From assembly GCA_051532035.1 (NCBI GenBank), contig JAOPTW010000057.1, positions 1 to 11,817 of the forward strand: a stretch of DNA of 11,817 bases, written 5' to 3'. Positions within the stretch are counted from its first letter, which is position 1; every line of letters starts with the position of its first letter. Source of the stretch: Fibrobacterales bacterium (lineage in GTDB: Bacteria > Fibrobacterota > Fibrobacteria > Fibrobacterales > JAOPTW01). Positions 1 through 8,049 of the stretch are shown here, piece after piece. The notes beneath the pieces were generated by a model that saw only the letters and a program-made list of their open reading frames with translations, did not search any database and was not told where the DNA came from. A program made the translations under genes and the position numbers.

Positions 1-62
1 TGTGAGGTTTGTCTGGTGGCGTGTGGGGTAACCATTCTGCAATGGAGGGTAACACTTCACTC

Positions 63-453
63 GTGGTAGAACATTATTTGCGCATTGTGACCGAGCATGG
101 GGGTATAGAATCTTGATTCGTATAGACTGGTAGCGACTCAACACGTGAGGTAGCCCATTTAGTGGGCGTGAATCAAAAAATAATAGTGTGTGGTAGAATT
201 TTTCAATGGTATAGAATCATGACTCGGAGGTCGTGGTTCTCGGTTCCTTTAGATATTTGGGAAACTGTTTAGGGGTGGTAGACAATTCGAGTGGCGTGGT
301 AACTTATTGGAGAGCAATAATGGAAGTGTCCTTTAGATATTTGGGAAACTGTTTAGGCGTGGTAGGCGATTCGAGTGACGTGGTAGAGCATTCAGTAGGC
401 GTGGTAAGGTTGTTTGGTGCGTGAATCGTAATTCAGTGGGAGATATGGTGGTA
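63..453. repeat. Degenerate ~21-bp-period tandem repeat tract (core GCGTGGTAG-like), apparently non-coding; may extend past the left edge
   Basis: GGTA/GGTT cores start at 65, 129, 149, 192, 235, 277, 298, 361, 382 and 403 (spacings 20-21, 42-43, 63-64). GGTATAGAATCwTGAyTCG occurs at 102 and 208; GCGTGAATC occurs at 166 and 419 (253 apart, about 12x21). Confidence 0.6.
245..385. repeat. Two-copy direct repeat, 57 bp, period 84 bp (245-301 and 329-385)
   Basis: The first 29 bp are identical (TCCTTTAGATATTTGGGAAACTGTTTAGG) and there are 4 mismatches over 57 bp. The period equals 4x21. Confidence 0.95.
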
Positions 454-518
454 GATGATCGAAGTGGACATCAGCCGTTGCAGTGGACTAGAATACATTT
501 AAAGAAATCATGAAGTGT

Positions 519-538
519 AGCGGACACCTTCGCTTTTT
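519..538 (+). terminator. Possible weak intrinsic terminator
   Basis: AGCGGA-CACC-TTCGCT stem-loop (one G-U pair) followed by a short T run, between the repeat tract and the 3' end of the convergent gene. Confidence 0.3.
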
Positions 539-573
539 AAGATCATTGTATAATACGCCCCGGTAGAAAGAGC

Positions 574-1659
574 CTACTCGTATAGAATACAATTAAGATT
601 TAACGTAAGGTTCAACTCTGAAACTACTCTGCGATTATCTGTGTGGAATATATCAATAGCAACGGTGTCGCCAATAGAAATGTTTTCTTTGAGAAAAAAT
701 GAATCAAGAGAAACAGTATCAGGACTATAAGAGCGGTCGACGTTAAAATTGAGTACCATGCGGTGGTTCATATAAACAATAAGGTTATCATCGGCTTCGC
801 CTGCGATAGATTGGCCCGAATCTCCATTGTAAATAAATTGAGCTTGCATATGAGTAGAGAAAATTGCGCTGGTAAAAGGGAATGATTTTTCATTTGTTAT
901 AGAATACTCAAATAAGGTTTGATCACTCGAATTAATGAGTGAGTCGGCTAATATGGTATCCAGCATTCGTTTAGTGTACAAATTGCTAATGAGGTGTTGT
1001 CGCATGAGGGCAGTCCAGCCGATTGTATCAATTTTTGAAATGGTAAGTGGAAAATATGTGGAATCGATAAAAGCAATCTGATTTTCTTTTTGCACGATAA
1101 AATGTATTGTTGTGTCTAGGGTGGTATATGCATAGGCTGGATCCCACCATGTATGTATCTCTGCATTAACAGTGTAAGCGGGAAGTACTTTAGGGAGTCC
1201 ATTTTCATCGAGTGTGCTATCAAGCATAAATGTAGAGGGAGGATAATAATCAATGAAATCACCTTTTTCTTCTTTGTCGTACAGAAATGTTTTAAAGGGA
1301 ACGCTGTCAGGTAATTGGTAGATGTTATTCAAACAGTCTTCACGTAAGTTGATTTCGTTATTTTCTCCAATACTTATATCTGATGAAAGACTAACATCAC
1401 TTGAATACTCGTTTGTAGATTCGGCTCTATCGCTACTTTCTTTTGATTCACTACTCCCATCCATGGAGCTGCTCTCATTTGAGCTCGTATGTATGACCAA
1501 AGGGCTTGACGATCCATTGTATGATTCAGTACGTATATCAGATGAATAGCTCTCTTTGGGCTCTTGCTGTGAGCTCTCATCAAGTTCAGGCGTTGTCTCC
1601 ATAGTACATGATAAGAGAAATACCGTAATGGCTAAAATGCTATAAAAAAAAGTGGGCAT
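574..1659 (-). CDS. Lipoprotein with Ser-rich linker and diverged fibro-slime (PA14-like) domain
   Basis: Hydrophobic signal peptide ending in lipobox LLSC, then a Ser/Glu low-complexity linker. Segments STLDENGLP, FSTHMQAQFIY, EADDNLIVYMNHRMVLNF and IGDTVAIDIFHTDN resemble fibro-slime domain blocks as I recall them (TL..DG.P, F..E....F.Y, GDDDVWVFIN..L..D, G..Y..D.F.AER). Confidence 0.7.
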   Translation of the reverse strand: MPTFFYSILAITVFLLSCTMETTPELDESSQQEPKESYSSDIRTESYNGSSSPLVIHTSSNESSSMDGSSESKESSDRAESTNEYSSDVSLSSDISIGENNEINLREDCLNNIYQLPDSVPFKTFLYDKEEKGDFIDYYPPSTFMLDSTLDENGLPKVLPAYTVNAEIHTWWDPAYAYTTLDTTIHFIVQKENQIAFIDSTYFPLTISKIDTIGWTALMRQHLISNLYTKRMLDTILADSLINSSDQTLFEYSITNEKSFPFTSAIFSTHMQAQFIYNGDSGQSIAGEADDNLIVYMNHRMVLNFNVDRSYSPDTVSLDSFFLKENISIGDTVAIDIFHTDNRRVVSELNLTLNLNCILYE

Positions 1660-1716
1660 GGAATACCTGTAGTTTGAATACTGTTGACTAGGGGTAGAGT
1701 CGTTGCTCTCACGCTA

Positions 1717-1744
1717 AAGATAGTAATCTCAGGGTTGCAGTCAA
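1717..1744 (-). promoter_or_regulatory. Candidate sigma70-type promoter for the lipoprotein gene
   Basis: Minus strand TTGACT (1744-1739), 16-bp spacer, TATCTT (1722-1717), about 57 bp upstream of the ATG. Motif match only. Confidence 0.3.
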
Positions 1745-1940
1745 TTTGTACCCTCGATTATTCGGTATGCTCAATAAACACGTCACCCACAATATTCTCA
1801 TCGTTACACATATGTTCTCTTTCCTATTCTGTTAGTGGGGTGCTTTAATAATTGGAAAAATGGGGTAGTGCCGTAGCCTAAACATATCAATAATTGCTCT
1901 TTCGTAGACTAAACTTCATTTATTTAAACTAAAAAGTGAG

Positions 1941-1959
1941 ATACCCTGAATTCAGGTAT
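1941..1959. promoter_or_regulatory. Palindrome in the divergent intergenic region; possible operator
   Basis: Perfect 12-bp palindrome CCTGAATTCAGG (1945-1956), extendable to ATA...TAT with a single bulge. Confidence 0.3.
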
Positions 1960-2104
1960 GTGGTTATTGGTGTCTATTACTAAGTTCATTAGTGTATGAT
2001 GATTTGTTGTTGTATGTAACAATCGATACAGTAGTCCTCATTGAAATGTCGTTCATAGAGATAGGTGTTGAGATAGAATGAGTAAAAACCATTATAGGAA
2101 GTAG

Positions 2105-3070
2105 ATGAGTAGTAAGTTTAATAGAGTAGTAAAGCTGCACGGTCTGTTTGTTGATGGGGATGGCGTTGTCGATAAAGAGTACGCCTTAAAGGCCTTGAAT
2201 TGCTCTGAAAACACTTTTAAACGATACTTAGAGGAATTGCGGAACTCCGGGATGCCCATTGATTACGACAGAAAGAGCAAGATGTTTCAGTGTGACCCTG
2301 CTGAACTTGATCGGTTTGAATTTCCGGGATTATGGTTTAATCATACTGAGTTGGTAGCAATTTATAGTTTAAGAACGCTCATGCAATCCATATCGGATGG
2401 CGTATTAGCGGCTGGGTCAACAAATTTCTGGAATAAAATCGATACGCTTTTTGATGAGAGAAATATCTCATTATCAGAGTGGGAGGGGAAGGTAAAAATT
2501 CTTCCTATTGGTGTTCGGAACATTGAGAGTGGCATCTTTAATAGGGTTATTGAATCTCTCGTTAAGCAGAAGCGAATACTATTGGATTACAAACCTATAG
2601 GAAGTACCATAATAGAAATTGAAGTATCTCCCGTCCATATTGTGAGATATAAAGATAACTGGTATCTGGATGGGTTTTGTCATGGTATCAATGAGCTTAA
2701 AACCTTTGCATTGAGTAGTATTAAAAAATTGTCTCTGAGTACTCTCTGTGCCCATCAAATAGATAATGCGGAGCTCCAAGAGATGTGTGCCGGTGGTTAT
2801 GGGATTATTACCGGTAAGGTCAATGAAATAGCGGTACTCAGATTCTCTGGTATGGCGGCTGAAGTGGTCTCTGATGAGATCTGGCATATCAATCAATCAA
2901 GAAAGCTCCTTGACTCGGGGGAATTAGAATTGAGCGTACCCTATCATACTGACAGAGAGCTGGTGATGGATGTTCTTAAATGGGGAGAGTTCGTCACGGT
3001 TGTATCTCCTGAATCACTTAAGGCTCGTGTAAAGTCTACTCTTGAAAAAGCTGTCTGTAATTATTCTTAA
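2105..3070 (+). CDS. HTH-WYL-WCX transcriptional regulator (PafC/DriD/BrxR/CapW-like class)
   Basis: N-terminal wHTH (ALNCSENTFKRYLEELR..GMPIDYD), WYL core (VSPVHIVRYKDNWYLDGFCH..ELKTFALSSI) and C-terminal WCX (WHINQ...ELVMDVLKWGEFVTVVSPESLK). RBS AGGAA at 2096. Confidence 0.93.
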   Translation: MSSKFNRVVKLHGLFVDGDGVVDKEYALKALNCSENTFKRYLEELRNSGMPIDYDRKSKMFQCDPAELDRFEFPGLWFNHTELVAIYSLRTLMQSISDGVLAAGSTNFWNKIDTLFDERNISLSEWEGKVKILPIGVRNIESGIFNRVIESLVKQKRILLDYKPIGSTIIEIEVSPVHIVRYKDNWYLDGFCHGINELKTFALSSIKKLSLSTLCAHQIDNAELQEMCAGGYGIITGKVNEIAVLRFSGMAAEVVSDEIWHINQSRKLLDSGELELSVPYHTDRELVMDVLKWGEFVTVVSPESLKARVKSTLEKAVCNYS

Positions 3071-3079
3071 CTAATATTT

Positions 3080-3104
3080 TTCCGCACCAATAATTGGGGT
3101 GGAA
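3080..3104. promoter_or_regulatory. Imperfect inverted repeat just downstream of the WYL gene; candidate WYL operator
   Basis: TTCCGCACCAA-TAA-TTGGGGTGGAA, arms match 9/11, core CCAATAATTGG, no downstream U-tract. Confidence 0.45.
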
Positions 3105-3211
3105 GTGATTGGGGAGAATGCCGTAGAGTATTAGTTTTTAAGCGCTCTTTAGGTTTTGCTCATATTTAGAGGGCTTGCATAGTAATACGAGCGTGAGATA
3201 AAGGATTCAGT

Positions 3212-3361
3212 ATGTTTTTAGTGGGTGAGAGACCAGGTAAAGGTACCTATAGATGTGAAAGGTGTCACGCACGAGTGACGTTAGATGATTCAACCGATGC
3301 ATTGCCACACTGTCCGAAGTGTCATTATGCAGAGTATACAACCTACGGCTATGGAGATTAG
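3212..3361 (+). CDS. Small zinc-ribbon protein, 49 aa (absent from the ORF track)
   Basis: Manual translation MFLVGERPGKGTYRCERCHARVTLDDSTDALPHCPKCHYAEYTTYGYGD: two CxxC pairs with a GE.PG.G.Y.C..C...LP.CP.C pattern. RBS AAGGA at 3201-3205; stop TAG at 3359-3361. Confidence 0.88.
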   Translation: MFLVGERPGKGTYRCERCHARVTLDDSTDALPHCPKCHYAEYTTYGYGD

Positions 3362-3362
3362 A

Positions 3363-3722
3363 ATGATAACGATGGTAATAGTAGTATTGATGCTTTCGGT
3401 TACGGGGTTCTCTCATGGAGGGGGGACTAATGCTGATGGGTGTCATAATAATCGTAAGACTGGTGGGTTTCATTGTCATGGTGCGCCGACAGATACGTAT
3501 TTGACTCGTACCGTTGCTCCGGTTAAGGTTGTTGCAGTTCAGGCTGATAGCTTGGATGGTGGTGGGTCTGAGGTAGGGGTTGATGATGACGCTGGTGGTG
3601 AGGTTGGTAGTGAGGCGATTGTCTGTTGTAAGATTTGTAAGAAGGGGAAGGCGTGTGGGAATAGTTGTATTGCGCGTTGGAAGACTTGTAGTAAGGGTGT
3701 TGGGTGTGCTTGTGATGGGTGA
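3363..3722 (+). CDS. Secreted YHYH-like domain protein with C-terminal Cys-rich domain (about 119 aa; start revised from 3285)
   Basis: GGAG at 3353-3356 precedes ATG 3363. Signal-like MITMVIVVLMLSVTGFS, then HGGGTNADGCHNNRKTGGFHCH (YHYH-domain pattern), an acidic Gly-rich linker, and an 8-Cys tail CCKICKKGKACGNSCIARWKTCSKGVGCACDG. Confidence 0.8.
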   Translation: MITMVIVVLMLSVTGFSHGGGTNADGCHNNRKTGGFHCHGAPTDTYLTRTVAPVKVVAVQADSLDGGGSEVGVDDDAGGEVGSEAIVCCKICKKGKACGNSCIARWKTCSKGVGCACDG

Positions 3723-3830
3723 TTACGGCTAAAGGTTAAACGTTCCCCTATGTTGTTTTTTTTTGAAGATACAGAATAACGATTTCTGAATAGTAAAAAA
3801 TGTAAGTCAATGAGTAGTTTCAATAGGTCG

Positions 3831-3860
3831 CTCACTATCTATTTCATAATGGGTAGTGAG
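3831..3860 (+). other. 13-bp stem-loop upstream of the TM2 gene
   Basis: CTCACTATCTATT-TCAT-AATGGGTAGTGAG is fully paired on the + strand with two G-U pairs; no U-tract follows. Confidence 0.55.
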
Positions 3861-3900
3861 GTAAAGAGCAAATTAAATATTGTGTATAAGAGGAGAGTAG

Positions 3901-4248
3901 ATGATGAATATTACAACAGGTAAAGAAAAATCTATAAATGAAAAATATTGTAGTGAGTGTGGTGAAATAATAAATCTAAAGGCTGAGATATGCCCTAAGT
4001 GTGGAGTAAGACAAATGCTCTCACTGGACGAGGCACCAAATGGGAAAAATAAAACAGCGGCAGCTTTGTTTGCGATATTTTTAGGAGGCTTCGGTATACA
4101 TAGGTTTTATTTAGGGCAGGCTGGACTTGGATTCTTTTATCTGTTGTTTTGCTGGACATTGATACCTGCATGTATTGCACTTATAGACTTCATACTTCTT
4201 GTATCAATGAGTAATAATGAATTTATTAAGCGTTATGGGGCAGTGTAA
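3901..4248 (+). CDS. Zinc-ribbon + TM2 domain membrane protein
   Basis: KYCSECG...AEICPKCG zinc ribbon, then the TM2 signature KNKTAAALFAIFLGGFGIHRFYLG..GLGFFYLLFCWT. RBS AGGAG at 3891. Confidence 0.92.
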   Translation: MMNITTGKEKSINEKYCSECGEIINLKAEICPKCGVRQMLSLDEAPNGKNKTAAALFAIFLGGFGIHRFYLGQAGLGFFYLLFCWTLIPACIALIDFILLVSMSNNEFIKRYGAV

Positions 4249-4251
4249 ATT

Positions 4252-5829
4252 ATGGAAGTATGGGCATTAGTATCGATCGTTGGAGTTGTAATACTTGGTG
4301 TATTGTATTTTCAATCACGAACCGCTTTAAGAGATAGTGAGAAATCGAATAAGAAATTGGCAAATGATATAACTGGTCATTTGAATACAATTAATGAGAA
4401 GCATGAAGAGCTTAGGATTCTTAAAAGTGATCTTAGCTATTTAAAAAGTACTACTGAGCATCTTAAAAAGTTTGAAACAATTAAAGATTTGGACCTTGAA
4501 TCACAAAGGATGATAAAAGAGGCTGAGGAATCTGTTAAAAGGGCGAGCATTGAATCCGAGTCAATTATAAGTAAAGCAAATCTTGATGCAGAACAAATAA
4601 CGTATCATGCAAAAAGTAGCCTTAGTGGCATTGAGGCTGAGGTTAATAGTTTGAAGTATAACTATTCAAATGCAATGGATGTATATGCAAAGCTTAAAAA
4701 GGAGTCTGATGTACTACAAGACAATTTAGATATCTCGGCATATGGCATATATGAACCTCATTTTGATTTTGATACCTCAGATAGATTTAAAGATGAAATT
4801 AAGAATGTTCGTGAAAAATTAAAAGGCCTTATTAAAGTAGATAAAGCGGTTGATGGAGGTGAGGGTTGGACTGTTAATGGAAGTCAGTCCGAAGGCAAGC
4901 AGATGGTCAAGCGCAATAAAAAAGTGATATTGCGTGCGTTTAATGGGGAGTGCGATAGTTTTATCTCTAATGTCTCTTGGAATAATATTGGTCGAATGGA
5001 AGAGCGCACACAAAAGTCCTTTGATGCCATATCTAAAATGGGAGAAACGACAGGGTTAGCCATAGCCAATAACTATTGTGATCTAAAGCTAAAAGAGCTT
5101 CGATTGACCCATGAGTTCAGGCTAAAGAGGTACGAGGAAAAAGAAGAACAGAAAGCAATTAAAGAGCAAATGAGAGAAGAGGAACGTGCTCGTAGGGATT
5201 ATGAAAAGGCAATTGCTGATGCGGAGAAGGAAGAAAAACTACTTCAAAAAGCGCTGAAAGAGGCTCAAAAACAGATGCAAGCAGCAAGTGCTGAAGAGCG
5301 CGCTCAGTTTGAACAACAATTGAAAGAGTTAGAGGGTAAACTGCATGATGCAGAAGAGAGTAATAAACGTGCTCTATCAATGGCTCAGCAGACTAAGTCA
5401 GGTCATGTGTATGTTATAAGTAACATAGGCTCGTTTGGTGAGAATATGTACAAGATTGGTATGACTAGAAGGCTTGAGCCTCTTGATAGGGTTCACGAAT
5501 TGGGTGATGCCAGTGTTCCATTCAAATTTGATGTTCATGCTATGATCTATAGTGATAATGCACCAGCGTTGGAAAACCAACTTCATAAATTGTTTCATGA
5601 GAAACGAGTGAACCTAGTTAACCTCAGGAGAGAGTTCTTTAATATAAGTCTTGGTGAAATTAAAGAAGAGGTTGAGAGGGCGCATGGTGAGTTTGAATTT
5701 GTCTTTGATCATGAGGCAGTTGAGTATCGGGAGTCTCTAACTATTCGGAATGAGTTTGGTGTAGGGGTTGAAGAGGTTGTTGGTGAGACTGTGGGGGAAG
5801 ATGCTTTTCCTGTTGAGTTAAAAATATAA
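4252..5829 (+). CDS. Membrane-anchored DUF4041 + T5orf172/GIY-YIG nuclease (PD-lambda-1/SNIPE-like anti-phage protein)
   Basis: N-terminal TM helix, coiled coil, DUF4041-type motifs (GIYEPHFDF, WTVNGS..EG, LRAFNGECD), a second coiled coil, then GHVYVISNIGSFGE..YKIGMTRR.EP.DRV.ELGDASVPF.FDVHA and N.RREFF. Confidence 0.9.
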   Translation: MEVWALVSIVGVVILGVLYFQSRTALRDSEKSNKKLANDITGHLNTINEKHEELRILKSDLSYLKSTTEHLKKFETIKDLDLESQRMIKEAEESVKRASIESESIISKANLDAEQITYHAKSSLSGIEAEVNSLKYNYSNAMDVYAKLKKESDVLQDNLDISAYGIYEPHFDFDTSDRFKDEIKNVREKLKGLIKVDKAVDGGEGWTVNGSQSEGKQMVKRNKKVILRAFNGECDSFISNVSWNNIGRMEERTQKSFDAISKMGETTGLAIANNYCDLKLKELRLTHEFRLKRYEEKEEQKAIKEQMREEERARRDYEKAIADAEKEEKLLQKALKEAQKQMQAASAEERAQFEQQLKELEGKLHDAEESNKRALSMAQQTKSGHVYVISNIGSFGENMYKIGMTRRLEPLDRVHELGDASVPFKFDVHAMIYSDNAPALENQLHKLFHEKRVNLVNLRREFFNISLGEIKEEVERAHGEFEFVFDHEAVEYRESLTIRNEFGVGVEEVVGETVGEDAFPVELKI

Positions 5830-5850
5830 TCATAATTAATAGAGGTTTTT

Positions 5851-6180
5851 ATGTCTTTAGGTGTATTAAAAAGTGCTATAGAAAAACGGTCAAAAATATC
5901 ATTTGGTTATATTAAGGCTGGTAAAGTACGAGGTGTAAGGGTTGGTGATCCTTATGCAGTTTATAATTTTCACCGTAAAGATGGCTCAGTGTCTGTTAAA
6001 GTTGATGTTTTCCAGACAGGAGGAGTGTCTGATAGTGAAACTAATCCATATGATTGGCGTATGTTTGATTTAGATGATTTGGTTGATGTTGAGCTTGTTA
6101 TTCCTCAACATGTTTTCGTTATAGATGACGAGTATGATCCTTATTCGAATAGATATGATGATTGTATTGTTAAAATTTAA
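5851..6180 (+). CDS. Stand-alone small WYL-like domain protein (no HTH)
   Basis: Pattern AI..R..ISF.Y......R...PY.....Q.GG.S.S.....WRMF.L..L..VE.....F....YDP follows the WYL-fold layout. RBS AGAGG at 5841. Confidence 0.65.
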   Translation: MSLGVLKSAIEKRSKISFGYIKAGKVRGVRVGDPYAVYNFHRKDGSVSVKVDVFQTGGVSDSETNPYDWRMFDLDDLVDVELVIPQHVFVIDDEYDPYSNRYDDCIVKI

Positions 6181-6213
6181 CCCAAGAAAAGATGTCAGTA
6201 TGGAGTTTTATAT

Positions 6214-8013
6214 ATGAGATTACATGAAATAAAAATTAATGGCTATAAAAGATTAAAAGACGTTTCTGTATTGTGCGGCGATGCAACTTTCTTAATCGGC
6301 CCTAATAATGCAGGTAAAAGTTCTGTTCTTAAGGCGATTGAATACCTGCTATCAGCTAAAAAACAAATTAGCTCTGATGAGTATTATTCAATAGCAGATA
6401 TTGAAACAGGAGAAACAAAAGTTGTTGATAATACAATCACAATTGAAGGGGAGTTTAGGAACTTACCTGAAGAATCAAAACAATGGAGAGGTTTCAAAGG
6501 GCGAATCTTTGAATATGAAGTAGAAAATGAAACAGGATTATCAGTATTTTACAAAAAATCATATGAACTTGGAAAGGATGTTGTCATTCAATTCAAGTCT
6601 AAAAAAAGAGAAAGAAAGGAAGAATTTGTAAATTGTAAAAAAATTGAAGACTACGTCACACAGGGAATATCGCTAGAAAAAATGGAAGAATTATTTCCTG
6701 GAAAAGCTTTAGGTGCAAATTTAGGAGTTAGCAAGCCTGTTGTAGCCAAGTTTGAGGAGCTTGATGATATTTGGAACTTGCTTGAAGAAGAAGAATGGTT
6801 TACTAATCCGGGAGGGATTCCGGGTAATGTACTTAAAATGTTACCAAGGTTTTTATTAATACCAGCAGAAACTTCGATTTCAGAAATAAATGGTTCTAGT
6901 GGTGTACTTAACAAAACATTAAATGAATTATTTGAAGATGTAAGAGAGGGGTCTGCAAACTATGAAAAAGCTCAGGAATACCTTGATAAGTTAGCTAAGG
7001 AACTCAATCCATCAGATAAAGATTCAGAGTTTGGGAAAATGATGCTTGAACTAAATGATGTATTGGCAGGTGTGTTTCCTGATACTCAGTTACATGCTAG
7101 TACTGATTTAAGTGACCCAAGTAAAGCGATTAAACCAATTTTTGATGTGGAAATGTCAAGCAATGTTAAAACAACTGTTGACCATCAAGGTTCCGGAATG
7201 ATTAGAGCTGCTGCTTTTGGAATGCTAAGATTTAGACAAAAATGGTTGTCTAGACGTGAAGGGGAAGATGATCGTTCTATAATCATTTGCTTTGAAGAGC
7301 CTGAGATATATTTACACCCCAGTGCTGCTAATCAAATGAGGGATACAATATATGAATTGAGTACAAGTAATTCTCAAATTGTTGCCACGACACACTCGCC
7401 ATTTATAATTGATATATCGCGAAAACCTTCTCAAGTATTGAATTCAATGAAGGCAACGGATGAAGGTATAGATATGAAGCCATTTAGTGTTTCTGACGAA
7501 TATAAAAAATTAGAAGGTGTAGATAAGGATCATGTTAAAATGTTGCTTAAAATAGATGATTATATATCAAGAGTATTTTTTACTGAAAAAGTGATTGTAG
7601 TTGAAGGGGATACTGATGATATAGCACTAAAAGAGTCTATTAAGAAATTACCCAAAGATCAGTATTTAAAAATTGTTTCTAGCTGTGAAATTGTGAAAGC
7701 ACGAGGCAAAGCCACTATAATAAGTTTTGTCAAATATTTAAAAGCTTTAGGGATTGAACCAATTGTTGTCCATGATAGGGACAGGGGCACTGCTGGAGCT
7801 GAAGTGTTTAATCAACCTATTAAAGATGCTCTTGGTGGTGTTGGTAAATTAGTCTTAATGGAAGAAAATATTGAAGATGAAATAGGATATAAGGCCCCTT
7901 CATCGGATAAACCATTTAAAGCCTTTAAAGAGATATCTAATTATTCCGATTGGGATTCCTTGCCAGCCGGTTGGAAAAATAAATTAAAAGAAATATTTGG
8001 TGACTTAATCTAG
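6214..8013 (+). CDS. OLD-family ATP-dependent endonuclease (ABC ATPase + TOPRIM)
   Basis: Walker A GPNNAGKS, signature-like QGSGMIR, Walker B/D-loop ICFEEPEIYLHP, H-switch TTHSP, TOPRIM VVEGDTD and HDRD. RBS GGAG at 6202. Confidence 0.93.
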   Translation: MRLHEIKINGYKRLKDVSVLCGDATFLIGPNNAGKSSVLKAIEYLLSAKKQISSDEYYSIADIETGETKVVDNTITIEGEFRNLPEESKQWRGFKGRIFEYEVENETGLSVFYKKSYELGKDVVIQFKSKKRERKEEFVNCKKIEDYVTQGISLEKMEELFPGKALGANLGVSKPVVAKFEELDDIWNLLEEEEWFTNPGGIPGNVLKMLPRFLLIPAETSISEINGSSGVLNKTLNELFEDVREGSANYEKAQEYLDKLAKELNPSDKDSEFGKMMLELNDVLAGVFPDTQLHASTDLSDPSKAIKPIFDVEMSSNVKTTVDHQGSGMIRAAAFGMLRFRQKWLSRREGEDDRSIIICFEEPEIYLHPSAANQMRDTIYELSTSNSQIVATTHSPFIIDISRKPSQVLNSMKATDEGIDMKPFSVSDEYKKLEGVDKDHVKMLLKIDDYISRVFFTEKVIVVEGDTDDIALKESIKKLPKDQYLKIVSSCEIVKARGKATIISFVKYLKALGIEPIVVHDRDRGTAGAEVFNQPIKDALGGVGKLVLMEENIEDEIGYKAPSSDKPFKAFKEISNYSDWDSLPAGWKNKLKEIFGDLI

Positions 8014-8049
8014 TAAGAAATAATCATGCTAAAAAATTAAGGAGAAATA

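Noticed and set aside
245..385. CRISPR array (29-bp identical repeats)
   Set aside because: Only two copies, similarity continues into the would-be spacer, the period is 84 bp, and there is no cas operon. It is a segmental duplication in a 21-bp tract.
233..424. 63-aa ORF as a real gene
   Set aside because: GTG start, the translation only mirrors the DNA repeat and has no recognisable motif. A GGAGG lies just upstream but unusually close, so it is not fully excluded.
549..554. TATAAT as a + strand promoter
   Set aside because: No -35 or extended -10 match, and it points antisense into the lipoprotein gene.
3140..3176. Inverted repeat AAGCGCTCT...AGAGGGCTT as a terminator
   Set aside because: 19-nt loop, an internal mismatch and no U-tract; too weak to call.
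3285..3362. N-terminal extension of the 145-aa ORF
   Set aside because: It overlaps the convincing zinc-ribbon gene in another frame; the RBS and signal peptide fit ATG 3363.
6214..8013. Gabija (GajA) or retron-associated OLD
   Set aside because: No adjacent UvrD helicase, reverse transcriptase or msr-msd-like region in the window.
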